Shown here: piece after piece, positions 25,247-37,400 of the stretch
How the letters are laid out: every line of letters starts with the position of its first letter
Numbering within the stretch: position 1 is the first letter of the stretch
Source of the DNA: Thermodesulfobacteriota bacterium
GTDB taxonomy: Bacteria > Desulfobacterota > Desulfobacteria > Desulfobacterales > SURF-7
Assembly: GCA_049320885.1 (NCBI GenBank)
Contig: JBMORA010000045.1
Coordinates: 18,511-82,510 of the forward strand
Reading direction: 5' to 3'
DNA length: 64,000 nt
Translations under genes and position numbers: made by a program
Notes under the pieces: generated by a model
What the model was told of the DNA's origin: nothing
Database searches by the model: none
What the model saw: the letters and a program-made list of their open reading frames with translations, nothing else

Positions 25247-27745
25247 TTACAGCGGCAGGGGTTTCATCCCCCAGATATTTCTGGCGTACTCCATCACCGC
25301 CCGGTCACTGGAGAATTTCCCCATGTTGGCGGTGTTCAGGATGGACCGTCGCGCCCAGTCCTCCTGGTTCTGATAGGCCAGGCTGACCTGTTCCTGGGCC
25401 TCGATGTAGGAACGGTAATCCGCCAGCACCATGTAATAGTCCCCGTGATCCATCAACGACTGGATGATCGGTGAAAACAGCCAGGGTTCGGCGGGGGAGA
25501 AATACCCGTTGTTGATCATTTCCAGCACCTTTCTCAGTTCCGCATCCTGGCGATAGATATCCCGCGGGTTGTATCCGCCGCCGCGCATCTGGTCCACTTC
25601 ATGGGATTTCATCCCGAAAATGAAGATATTGTCCGGCCCCACCTCCTCGAGAATTTCGACATTGGCCCCATCCATGGTGCCGATGGTCAAGGCGCCGTTG
25701 AGGGCGAATTTCATGTTGCCCGTGCCCGACGCTTCCATGCCGGCGGTGGAAATCTGCTCTGACAGCTCCGCGGCCGGAATAATCTTTTCCGCCTGGGAAA
25801 TGCAATAGTTCGGCAGGAAAATAACCTTCAGTTTGCCACGCACTTCCGGATCACCGTTGATTTTTTCGGCAATGGAATTGATCAGTTTGATGATCAGCTT
25901 GGCGCGATAATAAGCGGGCGCCGCCTTGCCTGCGAAAATCACCGTGCGGGGGGCAATGGGGGCCGTCGAACCCTCGATGATCCGGCAGTAGAGAGTGATC
26001 ACATGCAGGGCGTTCAGGAGCTGCCGCTTGTATTCGTGGATCCGTTTGACATGCACATCGAACAGGGTATCCGGATTGACCCCCATCCCGGTTTTACGCA
26101 AAATATAGCGCGCCAGGCGTTTCTTGTTGTTGCGCTTCACCGCCAGCCAGGCGGAGCGGAACGCGGCGTCCCCGGCATACGGGATCAGCCGCTTCAACTG
26201 ATCCAGCTCCGTGACCCATCCCGGGCCGATGGTCCCGGTGATCAGTTCCGACAGTTCCGGATTGGCCTGACGGAGCCAGCGCCGGGGGGTGATGCCGTTG
26301 GTGACGTTTTTCAGCTTGCCGGGAAACACCCGGTCGAATCCGCTGAACATGCCCTCTTTCAAGATGCGGCTGTGCAGCTCCGCCACCCCGTTCACCGAGT
26401 GGCTGCCGATGATGGCCAGATAGGCCATGCGCACTTTCTTGACATCGCCCTCCTGAATGATGGACAGCCGGGACAGCAACTCGGGCTGATCCGGGTACCG
26501 CTGTTTGATGTCCTCCAGGAACCGGTGGTTGATCTCGTAGATGATTTCCAGATGCCGGGGCAACAGACGGCCGATCAGGGACACCGGCCAGGTCTCCAGG
26601 GCCTCGGGCATGACCGTATGATTCGTGTAGGCAAAGGTTCTGGTGCAGATCCCCCAGGCATCCTCCCATTCCAGCCCCTCCTCGTCGATGAGCAGGCGCA
26701 TGCATTCCGGAATCGCGATGGCCGGGTGGGTGTCGTTCAGCTGGATGGCCACGTAATCCGGAAAATACACGAAGGACTGTTGCTGTTTCCGGTATCTCCG
26801 AAAAATGTCCTGCATGGTGGCGGAAACGAAAAAATATTGCTGCCGCAGCCTCAGGGTCCGGCCCTGCTCCTGCTCGTCACTGGGATACAGCACCTTGGAA
26901 ATGGTCTCGCTCAGCACCTTGTTTTCCACGGCGCCGATATAGTTGCCCTGGTTGAAATAATCCAGGTTGAATTCCCGGCTCGATTTGGCGGTCCAGAGCC
27001 GCATGTTGGTGACAAAATCGTCGCCGTACCCGGGAATCAGGATGTCACAGGGCATGGCCATGACCCCTTCCGTATCCACCCAGCGGCAGCGCCTCCTGCC
27101 TTCCACATCGGTGTATATCTCCGAACGGCCGTAAAAACGCACGGTATACAGCTGTTCGCGCCGCTTGATTTCCCAGGGATTGCCGCGCCTCATCCAGTTG
27201 TCGCTCTGTTCCTGCTGGTAGCCGTTCACCAGTACCTGATGGAAGATGCCGTAATCGTAACGGATGCCGTAGCCGTAGCCCGGCAGACGCAAGCGCGCCA
27301 TGGAATCCATATAGCAGGAGGCCAGCCGTCCCAATCCGCCGTTGCCCAACCCGGAATCCCACTCTTCCTCCTCGATGTCGTCCAGGTCGAATCCGATGTC
27401 GCGGGTCGTATCCGCGGCCGCCTTTTCCATGCCGAGACTGATCAGGTAGTTCTTGAGAAAACGCCCGGGAAGAAATTCCAGGGAGAGATAATAGACCCGT
27501 TTGGCGAGGCTGTCATAACAGGCCCGCTGGGTCTTGATCCATTTCTGAATCAGGCGTTCCCGCAGGCTGAAAGCCAGGCCGGTGAAACAGCTGTATCGGT
27601 TGGGCATATCCGGATCGCCGCCGAGGGTGGACAAAATATGACGCCGGATGTCCTCATTCAGATGCCGGATGTCTTCTTTCGGTCCGCCTGGCTCCGTCTT
27701 CCCGCCCGGCTCCATGGGGTTATCGGATGGTGAACGCTTGGGCAT
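25247..27745 (-). CDS. glgP: Glycogen/alpha-glucan phosphorylase
   Basis: LGNGGLGRLASC, QLNDTHP, KRIHEYKRQLLN, EASGTGNMKF (PLP Lys). GGAGG RBS before MPKRS at 27745. Confidence 0.96.
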   Translation of the reverse strand: MPKRSPSDNPMEPGGKTEPGGPKEDIRHLNEDIRRHILSTLGGDPDMPNRYSCFTGLAFSLRERLIQKWIKTQRACYDSLAKRVYYLSLEFLPGRFLKNYLISLGMEKAAADTTRDIGFDLDDIEEEEWDSGLGNGGLGRLASCYMDSMARLRLPGYGYGIRYDYGIFHQVLVNGYQQEQSDNWMRRGNPWEIKRREQLYTVRFYGRSEIYTDVEGRRRCRWVDTEGVMAMPCDILIPGYGDDFVTNMRLWTAKSSREFNLDYFNQGNYIGAVENKVLSETISKVLYPSDEQEQGRTLRLRQQYFFVSATMQDIFRRYRKQQQSFVYFPDYVAIQLNDTHPAIAIPECMRLLIDEEGLEWEDAWGICTRTFAYTNHTVMPEALETWPVSLIGRLLPRHLEIIYEINHRFLEDIKQRYPDQPELLSRLSIIQEGDVKKVRMAYLAIIGSHSVNGVAELHSRILKEGMFSGFDRVFPGKLKNVTNGITPRRWLRQANPELSELITGTIGPGWVTELDQLKRLIPYAGDAAFRSAWLAVKRNNKKRLARYILRKTGMGVNPDTLFDVHVKRIHEYKRQLLNALHVITLYCRIIEGSTAPIAPRTVIFAGKAAPAYYRAKLIIKLINSIAEKINGDPEVRGKLKVIFLPNYCISQAEKIIPAAELSEQISTAGMEASGTGNMKFALNGALTIGTMDGANVEILEEVGPDNIFIFGMKSHEVDQMRGGGYNPRDIYRQDAELRKVLEMINNGYFSPAEPWLFSPIIQSLMDHGDYYMVLADYRSYIEAQEQVSLAYQNQEDWARRSILNTANMGKFSSDRAVMEYARNIWGMKPLPL

Positions 27746-27985
27746 GAATTGTCCTCCGGTGAAACGCAAGGGTCGGTTAGGGGTTTTCCGATACGGGGGA
27801 GTCAAAACCGTCGGGCCATCAGGGGCTTTCCGGCAGTACGGCGCATCGGATATGGCGGCTTGAAGCCACCGGCGCCCGATCCGCGCCGCCGGCTTCAATT
27901 GTTGGTGTTGTATAATACTATATAGGGTATACGAATTCCACCGTTTGATCAAGAGGAAGATCAACAGAGGAAGAACAGCCGGCCT

Positions 27986-29290
27986 TCATTCCCTCAAGGT
28001 GAGTTTTTTCCCGGAAAGCGCCAGATTCATGTTTCTCACCGCGCACATTTTCCCGCACATGGTGCAGGTTTCCGGCTCCTCGGGTTGCGACGATTCCCGG
28101 TACCGGACGGCCTTTTCCGTATCCATGGCCAGGGTGAACATCCGCTGCCAGTCAAGATCGCGCCGGGCCTTGCTCATGGCGTCGTCCCATTTCCGGGCTC
28201 CGGGCAGCCCCTTGGCGATATCGGCGGCATGGGCGGCGATCCGGGCGGCGATGATCCCCTCCTTCATGTCCTCCAGGGTCGGCAGGCGCAGGTGCTCGGC
28301 GGGCGTCACATAACACAGGAAATCGGCCCCGCTGGCCGCCGCGACGGCGCCGCCGATGGCGCTGGTGATGTGGTCGTAACCCGGAGCGACATCCGTCACC
28401 AGCGGCCCCAGAACGTAAAAGGGCGCCCCATGGCAGAGGCGCTTCTCCAGCATCATGTTGCCGGCGATTTCATTGAGGGCCATGTGCCCCGGGCCTTCGA
28501 TCATGACCTGGACGTTGCGCTCCCAGGAACGCAGGGTCAATTCCCCCAGAACGATCATTTCCTGCACCTGGCAGGCGTCGGTGGAATCATGGATGCTCCC
28601 GGGCCGGCAACCGTCGCCCAGACTCAGGGTGACGTCATGGGCCGCGCAGATATCGAGGAGCCGGTCATAGTGTTCATAGAACGGGTTTTCACGTCCCGTC
28701 ATGGCCATCCAGGAAAACAGCAGGGCCCCGCCCCTGGATACGATATTGGTCAACCGTCTGGATTGCTCCAGTCTCCGGGCGGTTTCCCGGTTCAACCCGG
28801 CATGAATGGTCATGAAATCGACCCCGTCCTCGGCATGCTGCAAAACCACCTGGAAAAATTCATCCACCGTGATATCCTGCAGTTCCTTGTCGTAGTATCC
28901 CACGGCGTCATAGATGGGAACGGTACCCACCGGGACCGTGGACATGTCCACCAGTTTTTTCCTGAATTCGGCTGTTTTCCCATAGCAGCTGAGGTCCATG
29001 ATCGCCTCGGCTTTCCATTTCAGGGCGTGTTCGACCTTCCGCAGTTCCGCATCCAGATCACAGCAATCCTTGGAAATTCCCAGATTGACATTGATTTTGG
29101 TCCTCAGACCCTCGCCGATGCCTTCCGGTTCCAATCGTGCGTGCCGCTTGTTGGCCGGTATGACCACCCGGCCGGCGGCGATTCGTTTGATCAACTCTCC
29201 GGCCTCCATGTTTTCCTTGCCGGCGACAATGGTCATTTCCCGGGTGATGATGCCGTTGCGGGCCGCGTCCATCTGGGTTGTATATTTCAT
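27986..29290 (-). CDS. thiC: Phosphomethylpyrimidine synthase
   Basis: [39 protein letters not shown]; part of the thiamine operon. Confidence 0.95.
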   Translation of the reverse strand: MKYTTQMDAARNGIITREMTIVAGKENMEAGELIKRIAAGRVVIPANKRHARLEPEGIGEGLRTKINVNLGISKDCCDLDAELRKVEHALKWKAEAIMDLSCYGKTAEFRKKLVDMSTVPVGTVPIYDAVGYYDKELQDITVDEFFQVVLQHAEDGVDFMTIHAGLNRETARRLEQSRRLTNIVSRGGALLFSWMAMTGRENPFYEHYDRLLDICAAHDVTLSLGDGCRPGSIHDSTDACQVQEMIVLGELTLRSWERNVQVMIEGPGHMALNEIAGNMMLEKRLCHGAPFYVLGPLVTDVAPGYDHITSAIGGAVAAASGADFLCYVTPAEHLRLPTLEDMKEGIIAARIAAHAADIAKGLPGARKWDDAMSKARRDLDWQRMFTLAMDTEKAVRYRESSQPEEPETCTMCGKMCAVRNMNLALSGKKLTLRE

Positions 29291-29967
29291 GATTCGATCC
29301 TCGCAGGTGATGGGGTTGTTTGTCTCATGATCGCTCTCAATTCCCGGATCCGGGCGCCGATGTCGCCGGCCGAGACGATTTCCGTTACCAGGGAAATACA
29401 GCCGGCGCCGTGCCGGACCACCTCGGCAAGATTATGGGTCTTGATCCCGCCGATGGCGACAAAGGGAATGTCGAAACCGGAAACGACATGGTCCAGATAC
29501 CCCAGCCCCACCGGCTCGCAGACATCTTTTTTGGTGAAGGTCCGGTAGATCGGCCCCACGCCGATATAATCCGCGCCTCTTTCCACCGCATCCCGGGCCT
29601 GGTCCGGGGAATGGGTGGAAACGCCGATGATCATTCTGTCCCCGACGACTTGCCGCACCGCCTCGATGGGCAGATCTTCCTGCCCGATATGCACGCCATC
29701 GGCCGCCACGGCAAGGGCCAGATCCGCGTGATCGTTGACGATCAGAAAAGCGCCGACCCGGCGGGTCAATTCCCGGATGCGCTGGCACTGCCGGTATTTT
29801 TCCCCCATGGTTTTTTCTTTTTCCCGGTATTGGATCAGCCGGATTCCGGCCGACAGCAGACTTTCCGTCACCTGGATATTGTCCCGGCCGGAGGAGTGCT
29901 CTTCCGAGGTAATGCAATACAGGTCGGTGTTCAGAATCTCCCTTGCGGTTTTACGGGATGGTGTCAA
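29287..29967 (-). CDS. thiE: Thiamine phosphate synthase
   Basis: [33 protein letters not shown]. Confidence 0.93.
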   Translation of the reverse strand: MTPSRKTAREILNTDLYCITSEEHSSGRDNIQVTESLLSAGIRLIQYREKEKTMGEKYRQCQRIRELTRRVGAFLIVNDHADLALAVAADGVHIGQEDLPIEAVRQVVGDRMIIGVSTHSPDQARDAVERGADYIGVGPIYRTFTKKDVCEPVGLGYLDHVVSGFDIPFVAIGGIKTHNLAEVVRHGAGCISLVTEIVSAGDIGARIRELRAIMRQTTPSPARIES

Positions 29968-29971
29968 GGCG

Positions 29972-30601
29972 CTACTCCTTTACCGGCTTGAATCGTTTCC
30001 CCAACACATGGGTCAGGATGATATCGGCCTGTTTGGCCGCCGCCAGGGTCACCCGGGGGGCTACCGGCGGAAAGTCATCACCGGCTTCGCTCACAAGATC
30101 GCCCACCACATGGACATTGGTCCCGATCCGATGAACGGTCAGGGCGTCGCTGTTCCCCCAGCCGGAGATGCCGGAGGCGCAGACCAACAATTTTTCCGTG
30201 TTCACGAAGGCTTCCAGCATCATTTTTTTATCCCCGGCCGTATCCAGGGCCTCCACGATCACCTGACAATCGGCCAACAGCCTTCGGACATTGCCCGGAT
30301 GCAGCCGCTCCCGATACAGGGTCAGGGTCAGATCCGGGTTGACGGCCAGCAGGTTGTCCCGCAGCATGTCGACTTTCCATCCCCCCACCTGGTCCAGAAA
30401 AAAAAACTGCCGGTTGAGGTTGGAAGGCTCCACCCGGTCCATATCCGCCAGGGTCAGGCGGTTGAAACCGCAACGCACCAGCATCAGGGCGCAATTGGAA
30501 CCGAGGCCGCCCGCGCCGGCAATGCCGATGCATACCTGCCGCAGCTTCACCAGCTCCTCCGCGCCGAGATACCGGCGGATTCCCACCTCGAACCGGTTCA
30601 T
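29972..30601 (-). CDS. thiF: ThiS adenylyltransferase
   Basis: [20 protein letters not shown]. Confidence 0.9.
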   Translation of the reverse strand: MNRFEVGIRRYLGAEELVKLRQVCIGIAGAGGLGSNCALMLVRCGFNRLTLADMDRVEPSNLNRQFFFLDQVGGWKVDMLRDNLLAVNPDLTLTLYRERLHPGNVRRLLADCQVIVEALDTAGDKKMMLEAFVNTEKLLVCASGISGWGNSDALTVHRIGTNVHVVGDLVSEAGDDFPPVAPRVTLAAAKQADIILTHVLGKRFKPVKE

Positions 30602-31701
30602 ATGGGCTGCCAGTCCTTGAACACCGGCTGATAACCGAGGCGTTGAATCTGATCACGCATATCCGCCACCGAGCGATGATCGGCGATCTCGAACTGACCC
30701 ACGGAATCCCGCTCCTGGGTCCGCCCCCCCACTTTGGTGGAGGAGCCGGCGGACATTCTGGTAACCCCCAGCCGGATGAGGCGATCCCGCAGATACGCGC
30801 TCTCCCGGGTGGAAAGGGCCATACCCGCCCGGGGCAGAAAAATCCGCCAGGCCAGCATGATCTGAACGAGATTTTCATCACTCACCGGATGCCGGGGCTG
30901 ATATTCGCCGGCATGGGACCGAATGCGCGGCAGGGACAGGCCGATCTCCACCTCCGGGAAACGGCGCTGCAGATAATCGGCATGCAGTCCGGTAAGATAG
31001 GCGTCCCTCCGCCAGTCGTCCAACCCCAGCAGGGCGGCGATGTTCACCGAACGGATACCGGCCCGGCAGGCCCTTTCCGGAGCCTCCAGGCGAAAACGAT
31101 AATCCCTTTTGGGGCCTTTCGGATGAAGGTCTTCGTAAAGGTTCCGGTTGTAGGTTTCCTGATAAATGGTCAGCGAATCCACGCCGGCGTCGATCAGCTC
31201 GCGGTACTCCTCTGTTTCAAGGGCGTATATTTCGATGCCGATGGAGGTGAAATAGCGCCGCAGGATCTCCAGGCAGTTCTTCAGATACGACAGGCCGGCC
31301 ATATGGCGGGCGTCCCCGGTGAGAATCAGGATATGCTTCAACCCCGTGGCGGCGATGGCCGCGGCCTCCCGCTCCACTTCATCGAGGGTCAACTGCATGC
31401 GGGGAATGGCGTTGCCGGCGTTGAAACCGCAATACCGGCACTGGTTGATGCAGTGATTCGACAAATACAGGGGGGTGTAGAGCAGAATCGTCCGGCCGAA
31501 ATACTGGACCGTCAGCCGGTGGGCCGCCCGGGCCATGTCTTCCAGGAACGGAACCGCGGCCGGAGACAGCAGGAACCGGAAATCCGCCGGCGGAACCCGG
31601 CCCTGTCCCAGAATCCGGCGCAGCCGGTCCACTCCGTTCTCCAGGGACGGCTCCTCTGCGGGGCAGCTCTCAACCGTCTCTACCAACGGGTAAAAACTCA
31701 T
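30598..31701 (-). CDS. thiH: 2-iminoacetate synthase (radical SAM)
   Basis: [41 protein letters not shown]. Confidence 0.95.
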   Translation of the reverse strand: MSFYPLVETVESCPAEEPSLENGVDRLRRILGQGRVPPADFRFLLSPAAVPFLEDMARAAHRLTVQYFGRTILLYTPLYLSNHCINQCRYCGFNAGNAIPRMQLTLDEVEREAAAIAATGLKHILILTGDARHMAGLSYLKNCLEILRRYFTSIGIEIYALETEEYRELIDAGVDSLTIYQETYNRNLYEDLHPKGPKRDYRFRLEAPERACRAGIRSVNIAALLGLDDWRRDAYLTGLHADYLQRRFPEVEIGLSLPRIRSHAGEYQPRHPVSDENLVQIMLAWRIFLPRAGMALSTRESAYLRDRLIRLGVTRMSAGSSTKVGGRTQERDSVGQFEIADHRSVADMRDQIQRLGYQPVFKDWQPI

Positions 31702-31728
31702 GGCTGTATTCTTTCCTCCAACGTCCGG

Positions 31729-32520
31729 TTATTCCATTTTCCCATCGGTGTCTTCCCGTAAAAAACCCGTCAGGGGGGAAGATGCCGCCGCCACCTCGCC
31801 TTCCGCGCCCGGACCGGCCAGATACGCTTCCCGGCCGGCCCTGACAGCCTTGCCGAACGCATCCGCCATGGCCAGGGGATCGCGGGCGCTGGCGATGGCG
31901 GTGTTGACCAAACAGGCACCGGCACCCATTTCCATGGCCTCGCAGGCATGACTCGGTTTTCCCAGCCCGGCGTCCACAATGATGGGCAGGTCGATTTCAT
32001 CGATGAGAATCCGGATCAGCTCTTTGGTTTTCAGGCCGCGGTTGCTGCCGATGGGCGCCCCCAGGGGCATGACGGCGGCCGCACCGGCGGCTGCCAAGCG
32101 TTTGGCCACCATCAGATCCGGGCTGATATACGGCAGGACGACAAATCCCTCGCCGGCAAGAATTTCCGTCGCGCGCACGGTCTCGTACCCGTCCGGCAAC
32201 AGATATTTGTTATCCGTGATAACCTCGATTTTGACCCAGTTGCCGCAGCCGGCGGCCCTGGCGATGCGGGCAATGCGGACGGCCTCCTCCGCGTTGCGCG
32301 CCCCGGATGTATTCGGCATCAATTGAACATGGGCGGGAACATGCCGGAGGATATTCTCGCTTTCGGAATCGAAATCCATCCGCCTCAAGGCCACGGTGAT
32401 GATTTCCGCGCCGGAGCGGGCCACGATTTCGGGAATCAAGACGTCCGCAGACATTTTCCCCGTTCCCAGCAACAGCCGGCTGTGAAACCGACGCCCCCCG
32501 ATGATCCACTCGTCGTTCAT
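31729..32520 (-). CDS. thiG: Thiazole synthase
   Basis: [43 protein letters not shown]. Start set at MNDEW. Confidence 0.95.
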   Translation of the reverse strand: MNDEWIIGGRRFHSRLLLGTGKMSADVLIPEIVARSGAEIITVALRRMDFDSESENILRHVPAHVQLMPNTSGARNAEEAVRIARIARAAGCGNWVKIEVITDNKYLLPDGYETVRATEILAGEGFVVLPYISPDLMVAKRLAAAGAAAVMPLGAPIGSNRGLKTKELIRILIDEIDLPIIVDAGLGKPSHACEAMEMGAGACLVNTAIASARDPLAMADAFGKAVRAGREAYLAGPGAEGEVAAASSPLTGFLREDTDGKME

Positions 32521-32524
32521 CCGC

Positions 32525-32731
32525 TCACCCTCCCCCGACAAACCGCAAAATTTCCAACTTATCGTTTTCATTTATTATTTTGTTTGACAATTCTTCCGTG
32601 GGAATGATCGCGAGGTTGTGTTCCACCACCACGGAATTCGGATCGATCCCCCGCTCGGCCAGAAAATCGGACAGACAGACCTTATCCTCCAACCAGGTCG
32701 GCTTTCCGTTGACGACGATCGCAATGGGCAT
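32525..32731 (-). CDS. thiS: Sulfur carrier protein ThiS
   Basis: 68 aa ending in FVGGG. Confidence 0.93.
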   Translation of the reverse strand: MPIAIVVNGKPTWLEDKVCLSDFLAERGIDPNSVVVEHNLAIIPTEELSNKIINENDKLEILRFVGGG

Positions 32732-32780
32732 CCTCTCCCTCCTTGACCCCGGACCGGTTGCCGGGGAATGACGTCACCCC

Positions 32781-32808
32781 AAAAAAAAAAGCTCGCCCGA
32801 AGGCAAGC
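32781..32808 (-). terminator. Riboswitch-associated attenuator terminator
   Basis: Minus strand GCTTGCC-TTCG-GGCGAGC-T10, between the TPP aptamer and thiS. Confidence 0.85.
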
Positions 32809-32831
32809 CGAATGATTTGACCAATCCGTAT

Positions 32832-32918
32832 GTTGCTTCCCTCCGGCAGTATCAGCTGCATCAGGTTCGAGGGGTCGAAACCGAGTTTCCTCTCAGCCTT
32901 GCGGCTCCCCCAGCATGT
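32832..32918 (-). ncRNA. TPP riboswitch (THI element)
   Basis: Minus strand GGGGAGCC...GGCTGAGAGG...GACCCCTCGAACCTGATGCAGCTGATACTGCCGGAGGGAAGC upstream of thiS. Confidence 0.95.
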
Positions 32919-33116
32919 ATTTTATTTCTATAGGGGAGAAACCTTTTTTTTTCAAGCAATATTTGCGATGAGGCGCCGCAAGTTTCGGGAATCGACTGAA
33001 AATCCTGCTTGCGCTGCCCGCCGCTCCGTGTTATGAAACAAGCGTTATTTAACATATGCGCCATCTGTTGCCGTGGAATGCAATACAAGAGGTGTTTTTA
33101 AACGATTGAGTCCATC

Positions 33117-33581
33117 ATGCGCGGAAACCCACAGCGGACACTCCAACTGATCTCCATCGGCTTGCTCGGCTTGATCATCCTTACCGGATGCCGGGGCGGG
33201 TACCCGCAGACCGTCGAACCCGAGGGGTCCCCGCCATTTATCGTTTATGTCCAGACCGGCAAAATCCTGTACGGGAACTATCTGGCCACCAGTTCCTTTC
33301 GCATCGGCGACACGGCCAATTTTAAAATCACGGTCATCGATGATGACCTTGACATCCAGTCTCTTTCCATCCGGCGTTATTTCCCAAAAGACGCCACCGA
33401 ACCCATCCACCGGTTCAAGCCGTTTGAGCTGCATCAGCAGAAAGAGCGCAGGGAAAGCTTTCTGCTGAACGAACCCTTTGAGGTGACGGGACCCACCGGT
33501 GAATGCCGCTACGATCTCCTGATCGAGGATGCCCAGGGCAATAAAAGCAATATATACAAATTATTTGTGATTGTTCACTAG
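33117..33581 (+). CDS. Hypothetical lipoprotein
   Basis: Hydrophobic leader with LTGC lipobox, beta-rich remainder. Confidence 0.65.
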   Translation: MRGNPQRTLQLISIGLLGLIILTGCRGGYPQTVEPEGSPPFIVYVQTGKILYGNYLATSSFRIGDTANFKITVIDDDLDIQSLSIRRYFPKDATEPIHRFKPFELHQQKERRESFLLNEPFEVTGPTGECRYDLLIEDAQGNKSNIYKLFVIVH

Positions 33582-34165
33582 ATCCGCCTGACGGGGGCGA
33601 TGGGCGTGATGGGCGCCACCACCTCGCTTCCCTCGGCCCGCCGGGCTTGCTTGCGCAGGAGGGATCTGCGGGTAATCGGGGAATCCCCCGGCGGATTCTT
33701 CGGCATGCGGTTGGAAGCATCCGGTTTAACCGGCCGTCGCCCAGACGGCCGGGGGTTTTCCGCAGGCGGCAAAGCGTCGGCAGCTCCGCGAACTGCCCTG
33801 GCGAAAAAGGCCCGGAAAGTGCCGGTTGCTTTTTGTACTTCCGGTTTCACTGCCGGCCGGGAACGAGGGGGAACGGCAAGCCCTTCCCCATCCGCCCGTG
33901 GTTCCCGGACGGAGGGGCCGGCGGCCGGCCACCTTGTCCGGGGAGCCGGGCCGGACGAAAAACAGGTTTTGATCCGTTGATAGGCGCTGTTGATCCGCTT
34001 CAGGCGTTCCGCCATGACTTGCTGCAAATCCGGATCGGCCGCATAGCGGTCGGGATGAAATCGCTTGGCACATTTCCGGTAAGCCCGCTTGACGTCTTCC
34101 TCTGAAGCATTCTGGTTCAGTCCGAGCAGACGGAAGGCTTGATGAAGTTCCGGGTCGGAATACAT
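33578..34165 (-). CDS. J-domain (DnaJ-like) protein with low-complexity C-terminus
   Basis: LLGLNQNASEEDVKRAYRKCAKRFHPD...INSAY. Confidence 0.82.
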   Translation of the reverse strand: MYSDPELHQAFRLLGLNQNASEEDVKRAYRKCAKRFHPDRYAADPDLQQVMAERLKRINSAYQRIKTCFSSGPAPRTRWPAAGPSVREPRADGEGLAVPPRSRPAVKPEVQKATGTFRAFFARAVRGAADALPPAENPRPSGRRPVKPDASNRMPKNPPGDSPITRRSLLRKQARRAEGSEVVAPITPIAPVRRI

Positions 34166-34470
34166 GGGGCTGATGATACCTCATACCGCCGGGGGGATCA
34201 ACAGGAATCAACGATCCACAGCACCCGAACCGGCACCAATGACATGGGAGGTATATTCCGACCCGGTCATGAAAGGATTGATTTTTGCCGGGTTCCGGTA
34301 TATGGCAAACATCATCGGACATTGTTTCAGCGGTCCGGGGAAGGTGATCCGCCTTCCCCTGCGGACCTGCATGACGGCGTTCCCCTCTTTTTCATCGAAC
34401 CTATCTAAACAAAAAAATGAAATGGCTGCATGCAGGATCATTATGATTACCGGGATACGAATTCAACTAT

Positions 34471-37400
34471 ATGGGGTACGATATGGCAACAGGTGACATT
34501 TCGACCATGATAAATCCGAAAAAAATCAGCAGGGCGCTGGGCATCTGTCTGGGCGCCTCCACCATTTCCCTGGTTCAGCTGCAGCGGGACGACTGTCAAA
34601 GCGAGGCAGCGACGGATCATCCGAACCGGACCATCCGCGTGGTCCATCATGAACTCCATGTCCATGGGGGAAATCCCAAAAAAGTGCTGCAAACCGTAGT
34701 CGACAGCATGGGTATGGACGATTTTGACACCATAGCGGTCACCGGCCGTAAATTTCAGAAATTCATCAATCTTTCCACCGTTTCCGAGCCCGAAGCCGTG
34801 GAGTACGCCTACCATTTCACCAAACCGCCCGGCGTGGAATGTCCGGCGGTGGTTTCAGCCGGCGGCGAAACTTTTATGGTGTACGTTCTCAATTCGGAAG
34901 GCAAGATCGCCAATGTACTGACCGGCAACAAATGCGCGTCGGGCACCGGCGAGTTTTTTCTCCAGCAATTGCGGCGGATGGACGTCGCCCTCAGCGAAAT
35001 CGGCGACTGGGCGGACTGGGAGACCCCCTACCATGTTTCCGGACGCTGTTCGGTTTTCTGCAAATCGGATTGCACCCATGCCACCAACAAAGGCATCCCC
35101 AAATCCAAAGTCACGGCGGGACTTTGCGTCATGATGGCCAACAAGGTGCTCGAACTGCTGAAAAAAGTCCAGCGCCGGCAGATCATGATCACCGGCGGCA
35201 CGGCCATGAACCAGATGATGATCGAAAATCTGCGCAGGGAAATACCGGATCTCATCGTTCCGGAGGAAGCGCCCTATTTCGAAGCCCTGGGAGCGGCCCT
35301 CTGGGCCCTGGAAAATCCCACCCGCCCCTTTCCGGGCATTGCATCCCTGTTCCGGACGGAAATGCAGCCGTTTGCCGCCCTGCCGGCCCTCCAGGACTGT
35401 CAAAATCTCGTGACCTTCAAGACCCTGACCCGCGGTACGGTTTTTCCCAAGGACCGTTGTCTTCTGGGACTCGATGTGGGCTCCACCACCACCAAGGCAG
35501 TCCTGCTGCGCGAATCGGACCATGCCCTGCTGGCCTCCGTATATCTGCGCACCAACGGGGATCCGGTGGGCGCCGCCCGGCTCTGCTACCGTTCCATTCG
35601 CGATCAGATCGCCGAGCGGTTCGATCCCGGCCTGGTGGATATCATCGGATTGGGCGTCTGCGGCTCCGGAAGGCAGATCGCCGGCCTGCACGCCCTCACC
35701 GACGGCGTGATCAATGAAATCATCGCCCACGCCACCGCGGCGGTTTATTTCGACCCCAAGGTCGATACGATTTTCGAAATCGGCGGCCAGGACGCCAAAT
35801 ACACGTACATCGTCAACAGCGTACCTGCGGATTACGCCATGAATGAAGCCTGTTCGGCGGGTACCGGTTCGTTTCTGGAGGAATCCGCCCTGGAATCGCT
35901 GAACGTGGCCATGGAAGATATCGCCGGAATCGCCATGCAGGCCACCCGGCCGCCCAATTTCAACGACCAGTGCGCGGCCTTCATCGCCTCGGACATCAAG
36001 AACGCCATTCATGAGGGGATCGCCCACGAGGATATCATCGCCGGACTGGTCTATTCCATCTGCATGAATTACAGCAATCGGGTGAAGGGAAATCGGCCCG
36101 TGGGGGAAAAAGTGTTCATGCAGGGCGGGGTTTGTTACAACCAGGCGGTTCCCATGGCCATGGCCGCGCTGGTGGGTAAACCCATCGTGGTTCCCCCGGA
36201 GCCCGGACTCATGGGCGCTTTCGGTGTGGCCCTGGAGGTGGAAAAGCGTATCCGGAGCGGCCTCATGGCCGAGCAGCGCTTCGATCTCCATACCCTGATC
36301 AACCGGGAAGTGGAATACGGCAAGTCCTTCACCTGTCGCGGCGGCGGCGACAACTGCGATCGCGGCTGCAAAATCGCCATGATTCACCTGGAAGGCAAGC
36401 GCTATCCGTTCGGCGGCGCCTGCAACCGGTATTACAATCTGAGGCTCCACATTCAACATGACGTGCAGCAATTCGATCTGGTGAAGCTCCGAAACCACCT
36501 GGTCTTTTCCAAATACGCTGGAAAACCGGAACCGACGCTTCGCGGAGGACCTCGCCCCAGGGTCGGCATCAACCGGAGTTTCCTGGTAAGCACGTTTTTC
36601 CCGCTGTATTCCACTTTTTTCGCCGAAATCGGCTTCGAGCCGGTGATGCCGGAAACCCCTTCCCAGGCCGGAATCGACATGCGCGAGTCGGCTTTCTGTT
36701 ATCCCGCGGAATTGTCCCATGGTTTTTTTCACTCCCTGATCTCCGGGGATGATCCGCCCGACTATATCTTTCTGCCGCATCTGAAAGCCATCCCCAGCCA
36801 GAACGGGAAGGAGGTGTCGCTGACCTGCCCCTTTGTACAGGGCGAAACGTTTTTCCTGCAATCCACCTTCCGGAAGTTCCTCGCGGAATTAGCGGCCCGG
36901 GGGAAGAAAGTCCTTTCGCCCCTCCTCGATCTGAGCGCCGGGTTGGAGGCGGCGGGGCCGGCGCTGATCGACATGGCCGGCAACCTGGGCGTGCGGAAAA
37001 AAGACGCGGAAAAAGCCTTTGCCAAAGCCCTCCAGGCCCAGCGGGCATGCGAGGCGGAGATGCGGGCCATGGGTCGCAAGGCCCTGGAGGAGATTGAAAA
37101 ACAGCCGGACCGGATGGCAGCGGTGATCTTCAGCCGCTCCTACAACGGCCTGGTGGATGAGGCCAACATGGGCATCCCGCATAAAATCGCTTCCCGGGGT
37201 GTAACGGTGATCCCCGCGGACTTTCTTTCCTTCGAAGACACGGAAACCCGCCGACACATGTACTGGGGCACGGGGCAACGCCTCCTGAAAGCGGCGGCCG
37301 TGGTCAAGCAGCATCCCCAACTGTTCGGCGTCTATATCACCAATTTTTCCTGCGGACCGGACTCCTTCATCATCACGTATTTCCGGGATCTGATGGAAAG

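Noticed and set aside
34164..34496. Short ORFs between the J-domain gene and the activase
   Set aside because: No motifs or RBS; the region looks like a divergent promoter interval.
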